Position numbers and translations under genes: made by a program. A stretch of DNA of 64,000 nt from the human T2T-CHM13v2.0 reference genome, Homo sapiens: the NCBI RefSeq assembly GCF_009914755.1, contig NC_060933.1; one strand, written 5' to 3'. A model generated the notes under the pieces. It searched no databases. It saw only the letters and a program-made list of their open reading frames with translations, and was not told the origin of the DNA. This document shows positions 1 through 13,900 of the stretch, piece by piece (the stretch's first letter is position 1; each line of letters begins with the position of its first letter).

Positions 1-1446
1 AACTCTTTGAATTTTCCCATAGTTTTTTATAGATGTATACATCAAGATCCATATTTAGAATAAAAGATCTGAAATGAGAACGGTATTCTAAAAAACTTGT
101 TAACGATAACTTTTACTTATCAAGCTCTTTCTGTGTAGTTCTGTGACATGTATATTACATACATAATTCTTAATTCTCACAAACCTGGAGCAGTGAGAGT
201 ACCAGTCTTACCAAGAAGGGAACTGAGACTCAAGCTAATTAAGGCCATAGAGTAAAGGGAGAATGAGTAGAAGAAATAACCGGGAGGAGGAAAATCAAAA
301 TGCAATCACAGGAGTTTCTAGAAATTTCTCTTTAACTAGAGATCATTAAAATTAAGTCATCTTGCAACCAATGTAACTTTTGTATGATCATTTCACATTT
401 AGAAATAGGCCCTTCTCTTTCACTACTGACTTCTTGGAATCCAGCAATTATGATATATCATTATAACTATTTAAAAATTATTTATCTGTCACACCTGATT
501 TCTGCTCATTCCTCGTACCTAGTAAAACTAGAGCGTTTACCTAGTAAAACAAGCCACATAAGCCTCCTCCTCACTATCAAACAGCTGTTCATCCACCAAC
601 AATCTTTATTGAGGACAGAGCAGAATACTTGGCATTTTAGTAGGTTTTACAGCTATTCAAATATGATTAATTTAAATACCAATTTTATCTAGAAACCATA
701 GACTCTGGCACCAACTCTAAAAACAGGAGAGGAAAAGAGTGTTCAAGTCTTACGTGTAGAGGCCTACGAGTAGCTTTTTTTTTTTTTCATAAAGCCTAAT
801 TTATGAGCTTATAATTGACTAGTGAGCATCATGCTTTAATTATGATTTTGAAAAGGCCCTGGCAGTAGACTAGCTCTGACAGCCAGTGACACGGTGTGGG
901 CTTAAGAGAATAGGTATTTATACAGGCAGTGTCAATCACCAAGTACAAGCCATTTCAACTGCCTGTCCCAATCAGGGCCAGCATCCAAAAGTATAGCAAT
1001 TAGAATGAGTAGATGAAAAACACCGGGGACATTACAATAGAAGCCCATGGCCAGGGGAACCCACAAGAAAGCACAAAATGTCACCTTCGTGCAGTTATTT
1101 TAATACTGATGAGACAAACTGAAGTCCTTTCAAATGGGGCCACTTAATTTGTTGAAATAGAGAACAAAGAGTCAATTTAATAAAATCAAAGGGCATACGT
1201 TTCCCCCAAAATTTAGCAATTCAACCTGATGTCATTGTCATATATGACAATAACCTCTTACCACAGAATCTAACCACTTAATATTATATATGAGCCAATA
1301 TTTGATCTTATATCATAATAACCACTGGATGCTGAAGACAGAATAATTACAATTCATTAATGTATTCAGGAAAGTTAAGTAGTTACATTGTTCTCCCTTT
1401 TTTCCAGCATTTAGTTAAAAAGAAGGAAAGCAGGGTCTTAGTTGAA

Positions 1447-1640
1447 AAAGCACTATATATATATATAGTGCTTTATATATATATATTTTATATATAAGAT
1501 ATGTATTTTATATATAATATATGTATTTTATATACAATACATAAGATATGTATTGTATATACAATACATAAGATATGTATTGTATATACAATATATAAGA
1601 TGTATTTTATATATAAATGCATTTATATAAATATATATGC

Positions 1641-1678
<38 letters not shown>
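1447..1678. repeat. AT-rich palindromic micro/minisatellite derived from an Alu tail
   Basis: (TA)n tracts plus about 2.5 copies of the 27-mer tatatacaatacataagatatgtattg starting at 1529, with several perfect palindromes. Confidence 0.9.
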
Positions 1679-1973
<295 letters not shown>

Positions 1974-2013
1974 GAAAAAGCATTATATTTAGAGTCAGAA
2001 GGTGTAAATTCAC

Positions 2014-2324
2014 TTTTTTTGTGTGAGTTTGTTTGTTTTGAGACAGAGTTTTGCTCTTGTTATCCAGCTGGAGGGCAATGGCGCGATCTTGGCTCACTAC
2101 AACCTCCTACTCCTGGGTTCAAACAATTCTCCTGCCTCAGCCTCCCAAGTAGCTGGCATTACAGGTGCCCACCACTGTGCCCGGCGAATATTTTTTGTAT
2201 TTTCAGTAGAGATGAGGTTTCACCATATTGGCCAGGCTAGTCTCGAACTCCTGACCTCAGGTGATCCACCTGCCTCGGCCTTCCAAAGTGCTGGGATTAC
2301 AGGCATGAGCCACCGCACCCGGCC
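2014..2324 (-). mobile_element. Alu, AluSq/Sp-like
   Basis: Full reverse-complement Alu dimer with exact TSD tgtaaattcac at 2003-2013 and 2325-2335. Confidence 0.95.
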
Positions 2325-2499
2325 TGTAAATTCACATCTTGATTCAATTTATTCTAGCTTTGAAATCTTGAACAAGACTTCAAACCTCAATTATTTTACT
2401 GTAAAGAGTGACAATCATATAAGGTCATTGTGCAAATCACTTGATGCCTAACATATGTAAACTATGAAACAACAAAACAGAATCATAATTATTAAAAAC

Positions 2500-3070
2500 T
2501 GTATTATTTATTTATGTATAATAAATTGTACTAAAAGTGAGGAGCTGGAAGCAACAAATATTTATTATCTCCTACTTTCTGCAAGTCAGGAATCTGGGAG
2601 TGGCTTTGCTAGATGACCCTATATCAAGTTCTCTCACAGAGGCTGCAGTCAAGATGTTGGCTGCGGTTACAAGTGTCTCAAGGGTCTACTTAGAAAAAAT
2701 CTGCTTCTAAGCTCACTTGTGTGGGAGTTTTCAGGCCATAGAAGATCCATTTCAAAGCTCACTCATGTGGCTACAGGAAGGCCTCAGACAGTTTGTTTCT
2801 GATTTCATGCACATGGGCCTCCATCCAGGGCTGCCTCACTACATGGCAATTGGCTTCTCCCAGAGTAAGGTATCCAAGAGAGAGCAAGATAGGGAACCCA
2901 AGAGAAAAACCACAATATTTTTTATAATCTAATATCAGAAGTGGCATACCATCATTTTGGCTGTATTCTATTTGTTACAAGTAAGTCATTAAATTCAGCC
3001 CACACTCAAGAATAGAAGATTACACAAGGGTATGAATACCAGGAGGAAGGGATCATTATTACCATAGGAG
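2500..3070 (-). mobile_element. MaLR solo LTR, MLT1F-like
   Basis: 'aacaaatatttattatctc...gtcaggaatctgggagtggc...ggctgcagtcaagatgttggct' and 'cagcccacactcaag...ttacacaagggtatgaataccaggagg' are typical reverse-strand MLT1 motifs. Confidence 0.75.
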
Positions 3071-3084
3071 AGGATAGCTCCATG

Positions 3085-3868
3085 CATGTTACTGCCCCTG
3101 AAAACCTTCCAGTGGAATAAGATATGGAGATGGGATACAGTAATACTGATGATGCTGACCCTGTGCAGCCCAAGGCTAATGTGTGTTTGGGTCTTAATTT
3201 TTAATTAAAAAAAATAAAAATAAAAGTAATAGTAAACATAAATAATTTTTAAAATGGATAAGAGTTTATAGAACAAGGATATAATGAAAAAATAATTTGT
3301 ACAGCTGTACAATGTGTTTGTGTTTTAAGCTAACTGTTATTAGGAGTCAAATGTTTTAAAAATTTAAAACTTACAGTTATAAAGTTATGACAGACTAAGG
3401 TTAATTTATTATTGAAGAAAGAATTTTTTATTAGTATAGCCTAAGTGTACAGTGTTTATAAAGTCTATAGTAGTGTACAGTAATGTCCTAGGCCTTCACA
3501 TTCACTCACTCCTCATTCACTGACACACTGAACAACTTCTAGTCCTGCAAGCTTCATTCATGTAACTGCCCTATAAAATTGTACCATTTTTTATTTTTAT
3601 ACCATACTTCTACTGTACTTTTCTATATTTAGATAACTTTATATACACAAATACTTACCATTGTATTTTAATTGCTTATAGTATTCAGTATGGTAACATG
3701 CTGTATCAGTTTGTAACCTAGAAGCAATGGGCATATAGCCTGGGAGGGTAGCATAGACTATACCATCTAGGTTTGTGTAAGTATTCTATGATGTTTGCAC
3801 AATGACAGAATCACCTAATGATGTGTTTCTCTGAATGTATCACTGTTGTTAAGTAATGCATGACTGTA
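3085..3868 (+). mobile_element. Tigger3b (Golem/MER7) DNA transposon, 3' part
   Basis: 'aatgtcctaggccttcacattcactcac', 'taccatctaggtttgtgtaagt' and the terminal 'gttaagtaatgcatgactg' followed by a TA target site. Confidence 0.85.
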
Positions 3869-4227
3869 TTTATCCTCATACCTTATAGTCAATATGTAAT
3901 TTGTGAATCTTAACATTTTATGGTCCTCATAGAAGTCAATGTGTTCCTCATATCACCTTGATCCTCCACAAGGTTATTAATTCTCCATGTGCTTCCTCTG
4001 TTTCTTCCCACTCCCACTCATTAGTTTCCTTAATGTTGCTCTAACACTCTTCCACATTACATTTGAAAGTGTCAGAAAAAACCAGACAGAACATAAGGAG
4101 ATTTATGACACCAAGCCATAAAAGGACTGATATATCTGTTGACTTAATGTCTTTGACATTATTGTCCAGCCATTCTAGAATTGTCATTAATGTCTAGCCA
4201 TTCTAGAATTTATCTGAAATGCCCCAG

Positions 4228-4322
4228 TGAGCATTTCCTTTGCAAATGTCAGCCCTAAAAAAATTTCAGATTTTTGAGCACTTCAAATTTCAGATTTTCA
4301 GATTTGAAATTCTCCACCTGTA
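4228..4322 (+). mobile_element. Tigger4a/MER46-like DNA transposon end fragment
   Basis: 'gagcatttcctttg...aaaatttcagatttttgagcacttcaaatttcagattttcagatt...ctccacctgta' resembles the Tigger4a right end. Confidence 0.7.
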
Positions 4323-7284
4323 GGTGTATCATGGAAGTCATAGAAGGAGAATAGTGAGAGAAAGGGGACAGAAAGCTAATTTAAATAAATAATGACTGAA
4401 AATGTCTCAAACCGTGGGAGAAATATAGACATCCAGGAACATGTGACTCAAGGGCACCCCAAAAGCTTTAATCTAAAGAGAACTTCACAATGATACAATA
4501 TAATCAATTTGTCAACAATCAAAGGCAGAATTTTGAAAGCAGCAAAAGAGAAGAGATTTGTCCCATACAAGGAAGCCACAATTAGACTATTAGTAGATTT
4601 CCCAGGGCAAGAGAGAGTAGGATGACATAATCAAAATTCTGAAGAGCAAAAAGCTGTCCAGTGAAGAACATTTTACCTGTCAAGGCTGTCCTTCACAAAT
4701 CAAGTATAAAGACTTCCCCAGATCAAAAAAAAAAAAAAAAAAAGAATCTGAAGGGATTCACTAGTTCACTAGTACTAGACCTTCCTTAGAAGAAATTCTA
4801 AAAAAGAAAAGAAAAATTCTTTAGGCTAAAGCCAAAGATAGTAATTAGTAACCATGAAAGCATATGAAAGTATGAAACTCATCAGTAAAGTATATAGTCA
4901 AAAGCAGAATACTCTAATACTCTAGTGGTGATATAGACATCACTTTTAACTCTAGTATAAAGATTAAAAGAAAAAAGCATTTAAACAAAACCAGAGCTAT
5001 AATAATTTGCTTATAAATAGAAAATACAAAATAATTAAAATGAGACATCAAAAACATCTGGGAGAATATAAGTGTACCGTTTTGCATTTAGTCAAAATTA
5101 GGCTGTTATCAGCTTACAACAGACTATTATATTTTATAGTAAGCCCCAAGACAATCACAAAGAAAAATCCCATAGTAGATACAACAAGATAAAAAGAAAG
5201 GAATTAAAGCTACCAGTATAAAAAATCATCAAATTCCAAAGGAAGAAAATCAAGAGGAAGAAAGGAACAAAGGAACCATAAAATAGTCAGAAAGCAAGTA
5301 AGACACTGTAATACTAAGTCTTTACCTATAAAAAATTAAATGTAAATGGACTAAATTTCTAACCAAAAGACACAGGATGGGTAAATGAATTTTTAAAAAC
5401 TCAAGACCCAAATATATGCTGCCTACAAGGACACAAATAGGGTGAAAGTGAAGGGATGAGAAAAGATATTCCATGGAAATGAAAACCAAAAGAGCAGAGA
5501 TAGCTATATTTATATCAGTTAAAATAGACTTTAAGACAAAACTGCAACAAAAGACAAAGAAAGTCATTATTTAATAACAAATGGATCAAATTATTAAGAC
5601 AATATAACAACTGTCAGTATACAAGCACTGAACATCAGAGCACCTAAATACATAAAGCAAATATTAACAGATCTAAATGGAAAAGTAGACAGCAATTCAA
5701 AAGTAGTATGGGATTTCAGTAAGCCACTTTCAACAATGGATACATCATCCAGACATAAAATCAATAAGGAAACATTCACTCAGAGCAAATGGACATAACA
5801 CACATAGAACATCAATTCAACAGCAGCAGAATAAATATTCTTTTCAAGCATACATAAAACATTCTCCAGGATAGATCGTATATTAGTCCACAAAACGAGT
5901 CTTAGCAAATTTAAGAAAATTAAAGTTATATCAAGTACCTTTTCTAACCATAGTGGTAAGAAACTAGAAAGTTATAACAGAGAAAAACTGGAAATTTCAA
6001 AAATACAAGGAAATTAAACCACACACTCTTAAATAACCTATGCCTCAAAAAAAGAAACCTAAAGAGAAACCAAAAAAGAACTTGAAACAAATAAAAATAG
6101 AAACACAACATGTCAAAACATATGAGATGCATCAAAAACAGCTCCAGTAGAGAAATTTACAGTAAGAAGAAAAATCTTATACACTATATACCTCATGGAA
6201 CTAGTAAAAGAAGAATAAACTCAAAACTAGTAGCAAGATGAAAATATCAAAGATCAGAGTAGAAATAAATGAAACAGATACTAGAGAGTAATAGAAAAGA
6301 TCAACAGAACTAATAGTTGACTTTTTGAAATGATAAAATCAACAAACTTTTAGCTAGAATAAGAAGAGTAGACTCAAATATATGTAATGATAAATGAGGA
6401 GACATTATAATGAATGTCACAGAATACATAAGAGACAGAAATATAAGAAATATACGAGACAGAATTATAACAGACTACTATAAAGAATAACACGACAACA
6501 AATTACATAACCTAGAAGAAATGGACAAATTCTTAGAAATATACAACCTACCCAGACAGAATCATAAAGAAATAGAAAATCTGAGCAGACCAATTATAAG
6601 TAAGGACATTGAAGCACAATTTTAAAAAATTGGACAACACAGAAAAGTCGTGGACCAAATAGCTTCACTGACGAATTTACCAAATATTTAAAAAGGAATA
6701 CAAATTCTTCTCAAATCCTCCTCAAAAAATTAAGAAAACACTTCCAAACTCATTTTACAAGGTTAGCATTATTCTGATACCAATTCCAGACAAGGACACT
6801 CCAGGAAAAAAATTACAGACCAATATGTCTGATGAATATTGATGCACAAAACCACAACAAAATACTAGCCAACTAAATTCAACAGTACATTAAAAGGATT
6901 ATATTATACATCATGATCAAGTATAATTTTTCCCTGAGATGCAACAATGGCTCAAAATATGTAAACTGATAAATGTGATAACACCAAAAAAAATGAAGAA
7001 TAAAAATTTTTAAATTATCTCAATGTATAGAGAAAAGGCATTTGACAAAATTCAACATCCTTTTATGATAAAAACTCTCAACAAATTAGGTAGAGACGGA
7101 ATGTGCCTCAACTTAATGTCCACAACTAATATCATACTCAATGGTAAAAGTTTAAAGCTTTTACTCTAAGACCAGGAATAAGACAAAGATGTTCACTTAC
7201 CATTTCAATTCAGTATGGTACTGGAGGTCCTGGCCTGAGCAACTATACAAGAAAAAGAAATGAAGAGCATTCACATAAGATGGG
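4323..7284 (+). mobile_element. Old L1 (L1MA9-like), 5' portion: ORF1 end plus ORF2 EN/RT region, decayed
   Basis: A-rich L1 ORF1/ORF2 homology (e.g. 'aaaaggcatttgacaaaattcaacatcc', 'gtactggaggtcctggcc'). Stops at 'gaagagcattcacataagatggg' and resumes in register at 14452. Confidence 0.88.
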
Positions 7285-7920
7285 CTTGAAAACCTGCCCC
7301 AGGCTACCTGCCTCCCACCTGCAGAAAAAAAAAGGGCTTGGTTCTTCCCCCACCTGTGGAGTCTGCACACTGGATTTGTGCCCTCCCCCACGTTCTGGCC
7401 AGGAGGTTTCTCAACCCATTCAAATTGTTACAGAGCTCACCTAGAGATTTTCTTCTCCCTGTGTAGTTTTACCCCTGCTCCTCTCCCATTGGATCTTTGT
7501 GGTGTCAGGCAGGAAAGGTCTGCTAGGGGACCCAGCAAGCTCCCAGGGCCTTTCTACTGCTTTCTCTACCCCTGTATTTCACTGGGCTGTCCAAATTGAC
7601 TCAGCTCCAGGTAAAGTCAGAAACATCTCCCCCAAACAGACCTTCTCCAAACAGAGCTTCTCCAGTGGGGGTATGTGTTCAGAAGAGGAGGGTCTCCCTT
7701 TCCCATTTCTGCAGTTAGGGCCCTCACAGTTTTTTTGGCGGCGGGGGGGGGGGTCTCCCAGGTCCTGCAGGGACAGTCTGCTGCCTTCAGAGGGTCTGTG
7801 GGTCCTCTTGGGATTGCTGGTTTGTTCTTGCAGTCAATCTGGAGCTAAAATTCATAATGTGAGCCCCTGCCCACTGCTCTGTCCGGAGCTGTGATCTAGT
7901 CCTGCCTGCCATCCACTGTG
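7285..7920 (-). mobile_element. Inverted 5' UTR segment of the L1PB element (L1PBa-type 5' end)
   Basis: Ends in 'ctggagctaaaattcataatgtgagc...ctgctctgtcc...tctagtcctgcctgccatcc', the reverse complement of the start of the L1PB 5' UTR. Confidence 0.8.
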
Positions 7921-10900
7921 AGACCTGGGAATCTCACTGCCATCTCCCACAGCAGCCACAGCAAGACCTGCCCAAGGAGAGTCTGAGCTCAGACACACCC
8001 TAGCCCTGCCCTCACCTGATGGTAGTGGAAGACAAAGGACATATAATATATATGTCATATAATAGACACACCTCGCCCTTCCCTACCCACCCTGGTAGTG
8101 GAAGACAAAGGACATATAATCTTGGGTGTTCTAGGACCCCACCTTCCACCGGTCCCTCTCCACACTACCATAGCTGATGCTCTCTGGAAAGTGCCACTTC
8201 CTGGCAGGAGGCCAACCAGCACAAAAGTAGAGCATTAAACCACCAAAGCTAACGACCTGCACGGGTCCATTGCACCCTGCCTGCCACCAGAACAGACACT
8301 GGTATCCATAGCTGAGAGACTCACAGATGGCTCACATCATAGGACTCTGTGCAGACAACCCCCAGTACTAGCCCAAAGTTGGGTAGACTCGCTGGGTAGC
8401 TATACGCAGCAGAGCGACAACAATCACTGCAGTTCAGCTCACAGGAAGCCACATCCATAGGAAAAGGGGAAGAGTACTACATCCAGGGAACACCCCATGG
8501 GACAAAAGAATATGGGCAACAGCATTCAGTCCTAGACCTTCCCTCTGACAGAGACTACCCAAATGAAAAGAAACCAGAAAACCAACCCTGGTAATATGAC
8601 CAAACAAGGCTCTTCGATACCCCAAAAAATTACATTAGTTCACCAGCAATGGATCCAAACCAAGAAGAAATCCCTGATTTACCTGAAAAAGAATTAAGGA
8701 AGTTAGTTATTAAGCTAATCGGGGAGGGATCAGAGAAAGGTGAAGCCCAGTTCAAGGAAATCCAAAATATGATATAAGAAGTAAAGGGAGAAATATTCAA
8801 GGAAACAGATAGCTTAAAGAAAAAACAATAAAAAAGTCAGGAACCTTTGGACACACTTTTAGAAATGCGAAATGCTCTGGAAAGTCTCAGCAATAAAATT
8901 GAACAGGTAGAAGAAAGAAATTCAGAGCTCAAAGACAAGGTCTTCAAATTAACCCAATCCAACAAAGACAAAGAAAAAAGAATAAGAAAATATGAACAAA
9001 GCCTCCAAGAAGTCTGAGATTATGTTAAACAACCAAACGTAAGAATAACCTGTGTTCTGAGGAAGAAGAATTCTAAAAGCTTGGAAAAACAAATTTGGGG
9101 GAATAATTGAGGAAAACTTCCCTGACCTTGCTAGAGACCTAGACATCCAAATACAAGAAGCTCAAAGAACACCCAGGAAATTCATCACAAAAAAGATCTT
9201 CGCCTAAGCACATTGTCATCAGGTTATCCAAAGTTAAGACAAAAGAAAGAATCTTAAGAGCTGTGAGACAGAAGCACCAGGTAACCTATAAAGGAAAACC
9301 TATCAGATTAACAGTAGATTTCTCAGCAGAAACCCTACAAGCTAGAAGGGATTTGGGCCCTATCTTCAGCCTCCTCAAACGAAACAATTATCAGCCAAGA
9401 ATTTTGTATCTAGTGAAACTAAACATCATATATGAAGGAAAGATAGAGTCTTCTTCAGACAAACAAATGCTGAGAGAATTCTCCATTACCAAGCCACCCC
9501 TACAAGAACTGCTGAAAGGAGCTCTAAATCTTGAAACAAATCCTGGAAACACATCAAAACAGAACCTCTTTAAAGCATAAATCATGCAGGACCCGTAAAA
9601 CAAAAATAGAAGTTAAAAAGCAAAAAACAAAAAACGAAAAAACAAAAGTACCCAGGCAACAAATACCGTGATGAATGCAAGGGTACGTCACATTTCAATA
9701 CTAACATTGAATGTAAATAGCCTAAATGCTCCACTTAAAAGATACAGAACCATAGAATGGATAAGAACTCAACAACCGACTATCTGCTGCCTTCAGGAGA
9801 CTCACCTAACACATAAGTGAGAGGAGATTTCAACTGGGCTTCCCAGGTCGAGGAGGGCTCAGAAAGCTGTGAAACTCACTCATTTCCTGCAACAGGACTT
9901 ACTTTGGTCCTGGATGAATAATATTAAAGACATATGCTTAAAATATTCCTAATATCGGAATTTGTGCATGTGTTTTCTTCCCCAAGAAAGCTATAAACAG
10001 CGAAACTTTTGCTGTAAGCTTCCCTGTGTCCTCACTCCCTCTCTCCCTTCCCCTTCCCCTGAAACTAAAAGGAATGTTAAAAGCCCATTTTTCTGTGACC
10101 AGCAGACCTTATCTATGCTCCCAATTCCAATTCCTTGTAAACACAATTTGTAAAATCCTGTGAGATCCTGTCTCCTTTGCCATGCCACCATAAGGTTATA
10201 AAGTGGATAAAAAGTTACAATTCCGGTTTTCCTCAAGATCTAAGACATGTTAATTGTCTTTGTTTCTCATTCTGGTAACATCTTCCCACCTTCCTGCCCC
10301 ATGTATTTCCCGCCTTAAAGAGTTTAAAAGGTGATCAAAAAATCTAACACTGGCTACCCACTCGGGACACCTTCCACACTGTGGAAGCTTTGTACTGTCA
10401 CTCTGCTCAATAAAGCCTACAGTTTTTTTTTCTCTTGGTCCGATCCGTGTCTCTCTCTCACCACAGGCTGCCACCACACCAAATCTTTGGCGTGGCTAAG
10501 GCAAGAACCTTTGGCGTTACATAAGGACTCACATAAACTTAAAGTAAAGAAGTAGAAAAAGGCATTTCATGCAAATGGAAACCAAAAGCGAGCAGGGGTA
10601 GCGATTCTTACATCAGACAAAACAAACTTTAAAGCAACAGCAGTTAAAGAGACAAAGAGGGACATTATATAATGGTAAAAGACCTTGTCAAACAGGAAAA
10701 TATCACAATCCTAAATATATATGCACCTAACACTGGAGCTACCAAATTTATAAAACAATTACTAATAGACCTAAGAAATGAAATAGAAAGCAACACAATA
10801 ATAGTGGGGGACTTCAATATTCCACTGACAGAACTAGACAGGTCATCAAGACAGAAAGTCAACAAAGACACAATGGATTTAAACTATACCTTGGAACAAA

Positions 10901-13900
10901 TGGACTTAACAGATATATTCAGAACATTTCATCCCACAACCACAGAATACACATTCTATTCAACAGTGCATGGAACTTTCTCTAAGAGAGACCAGATGAT
11001 AAGCCATAAAATGAGCCTGAATAAATTAAAGAAAATTGAAATTATATCAGGCACTCTCTCAGACCACAGTGGAATAAAACTAAATCAACTGCAAAACGAA
11101 CCTTCAAAATCATGCAAATACAGGGAAATTAACCTGCTCCTGAATGATCATTGGGTCAAAAAAGAAATCAAGATGGAAATCAAAAAATTCTTTCAAATGA
11201 ATGACAATAATGATACAACCTATCAAAACCTCTGAGATACAGCAGAGGCAGTGCTAAGGGGAAAGTTCATAGCCCTAAACACCTACATCAAAAAGACTGA
11301 AAGAGCACTAACTGACACTCTATAGTCACACCTCAAGGAACTACAGAAACAGGAAGAATACAAACCCAAACCCAGCAGAAGAAAGGAAATAACCAAGATC
11401 AGAAGAGAACTATATGAAATTCAAACAAAAAAAAATACAAAAGATAAATGAAACAAAAAGCTGGTTCTTTGAAACGATAAATAAAATTGATAGACCACTG
11501 GCAAGATTAGCCAAGAAAAGAAGAAAGAAAATCCAAATAACCTCACTAAGAAATGAAACAGGAGATATTACAACTGACACCAATGAAATATAAAAGATCA
11601 TTCAAGCCTAATAAGAACAGCTTTATGAATATAAACTAGAAAACCTAGAAGAGATGGATACATTCCTGGAAAAATACAACCCTCCTAGCTTAAATCAGGA
11701 AGAATTAGATACCATGAACAGACCAATAACAAGCAGCAAGATTGAAATGGTAATTTAAAAATTACCAACAAAAAAAGTCCAGGACCAGGCAAATTCACAG
11801 CAGCATTCTATCAGACATTCAAAGAAGAATTGGTACCAATCCTTTTGACACTACCCACAAGATAGAGAAAGAAGGAACCCTCCCTAATTCATTCTATGAA
11901 GCCAGCATCACCCTAATACCAAAACCAGGAAAGGACATAACCAAAAAAGAAAACTACAGACTGATAACCTTGATGAACACAGACGCTAAAATCCTTAACA
12001 AAACACTAGTTAACCAAATCCAACAACATATCAAAAAGACAGTTCACCCTGATCAAATGGATTTCATACCAGGAATGCAGGGATAGTTTAACATACACAA
12101 GTCAATAAATGTGATACACCACATAAACAGAATTAAAGAAAAAATCACCTGATCATCTCAATAGATGTAGAAAAAGCATTGGACAAAATCCAGCATCACT
12201 TTATGATTAAAACTCTCAGCAAAATTGGCATACAAGGGACATACTTTAATATAATAAAAGCCATCTATGAGAAACCCACAGCCAACACAAATGGGGAAAA
12301 GTTGAAAGCATTCCCTCTGAGAACTGGAACAAGACAAGGATGTCCAATCTCAACATTCCTCTTCAACATAGTACTGGAAGTCCTACCCAGAGCAATCAGA
12401 CAAGAGAAATAAAGGGCATCCAAATCAGTAAAAAGGAAGTCAAAGTGTCACTGTTTGCTGAAGATATGATCGTTTACCTTGAAAATCCTAAGGACTCCTC
12501 CAGAAAGCTTCTAGAACTGATAAAATAATTCAACAAAGTTTCCGGATACAAGATTCATGTACACAAATTATTAGCTCTTCTATACACCAAAAGCAACCAA
12601 ACAGAGAATCAAATAAAAAGCTCAACTCAACCCAACCCCTTTTACAATAGCTGTAAAAAAAAAGAAATACATAGGAATCTACCTAACCAAGGAGTCAAAA
12701 GACCTCTATAAGGAAAACTACAAAACACTGCTGAAAGAAATCACAGATGACACAAATAAATGGGAACACATCTCATGCTCATGGATGTGTGGAATCAATA
12801 TTGTGAAAATGACCACACTGGCAAAAGCAATCTACGAATTCAAGGCAATCCCCATCAAAGTACCACCATCATTCTTCACAGAATTAGAAAAAAAAATGCT
12901 AAAATTCATATGGAACCAAAAAAGAGCCCACAGAGCCAAAGCAAAACTAAGCAAAAAGAACAAATCTGCAAGTATCACACTGCCTGATTTCAAACCGTAC
13001 TACAAGGCCATAGTCATCAAAACAGCATGGTACTGGTACAAAAATAGGCACATGGACAAACGGAACAGAATAGAGAACCCAGAAATAAACCCAAATACTT
13101 AGAGCCAACTGATCTTTGACAAAGCAAACAAATACTTAAAGTGGGAAAAGGACACCCTTTCCAACAAATGGTGCTGGGATATTTGGCTAGCCACATGTAG
13201 GAGAATGAAACTGGATCCTCAACTCTCACCTTATACAAAAATCAACTCAAGATAGACTAAAGACTTAAACCTAAGACCTGAAACTATAAAAAATGTAGAA
13301 GATAACATTGGAAAAATCCTAGATATTGGCTTAGGCAAGGATTTCATGACCAAGAACCCAAAAGCAAATGCAATAAAAACAAAAATAAATAGCTGGGACC
13401 TAATTAAGCTAAAGAGCTTCTGCATGGCAAAAGGAACAGTCAGCAGAGTAAACAGACAACCCACAGAGTGAGACAGAGTGAGACAAAATCTTCACAATCT
13501 ATACACCTGACAAAGGACTAATATCCAGAATCTATAATGAACTCAAACAAATCGGTAAAAAAAAAATCAAACAATCCCATCAAAAAGTGGGCTAAAAACA
13601 TGAATAGACAATTCTCAAAAGAAGATATACAAACGGCCAACAAACATATGAAAAAATGCTCAACATCACTAATGATCAGGGAAATGCAAATCAAAATCAC
13701 AATGTGATACCACCTCACTCCTGCAAGAATGGCCATAATCAAAAAATCAAAAACACAGTAGATTTTTTTTTGTTCACCATGTGGTGAAGAGGGAACACTT
13801 CTACACTGCTGGTGGGAATGTAAACTAGTACAGCCACTATGAAAAACAGTGTGGAGATTCCTTAAAGAACTCAAAGTAGAACTACCATTTGATCCAGCAA

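Noticed and set aside
1529-1600. 27-bp palindromic direct repeats that superficially resemble a CRISPR array
   Set aside because: There are no unique spacers and no cas genes, and the context is a eukaryotic Alu tail.
9263-13102. ORFs with clear L1 ORF1p/ORF2p similarity (9263-9580, 10672-11235, 12179-12528, 12785-13102)
   Set aside because: They are fragments separated by stops, frameshifts and an LTR insertion. The L1 is dead, so they are not functional CDS.
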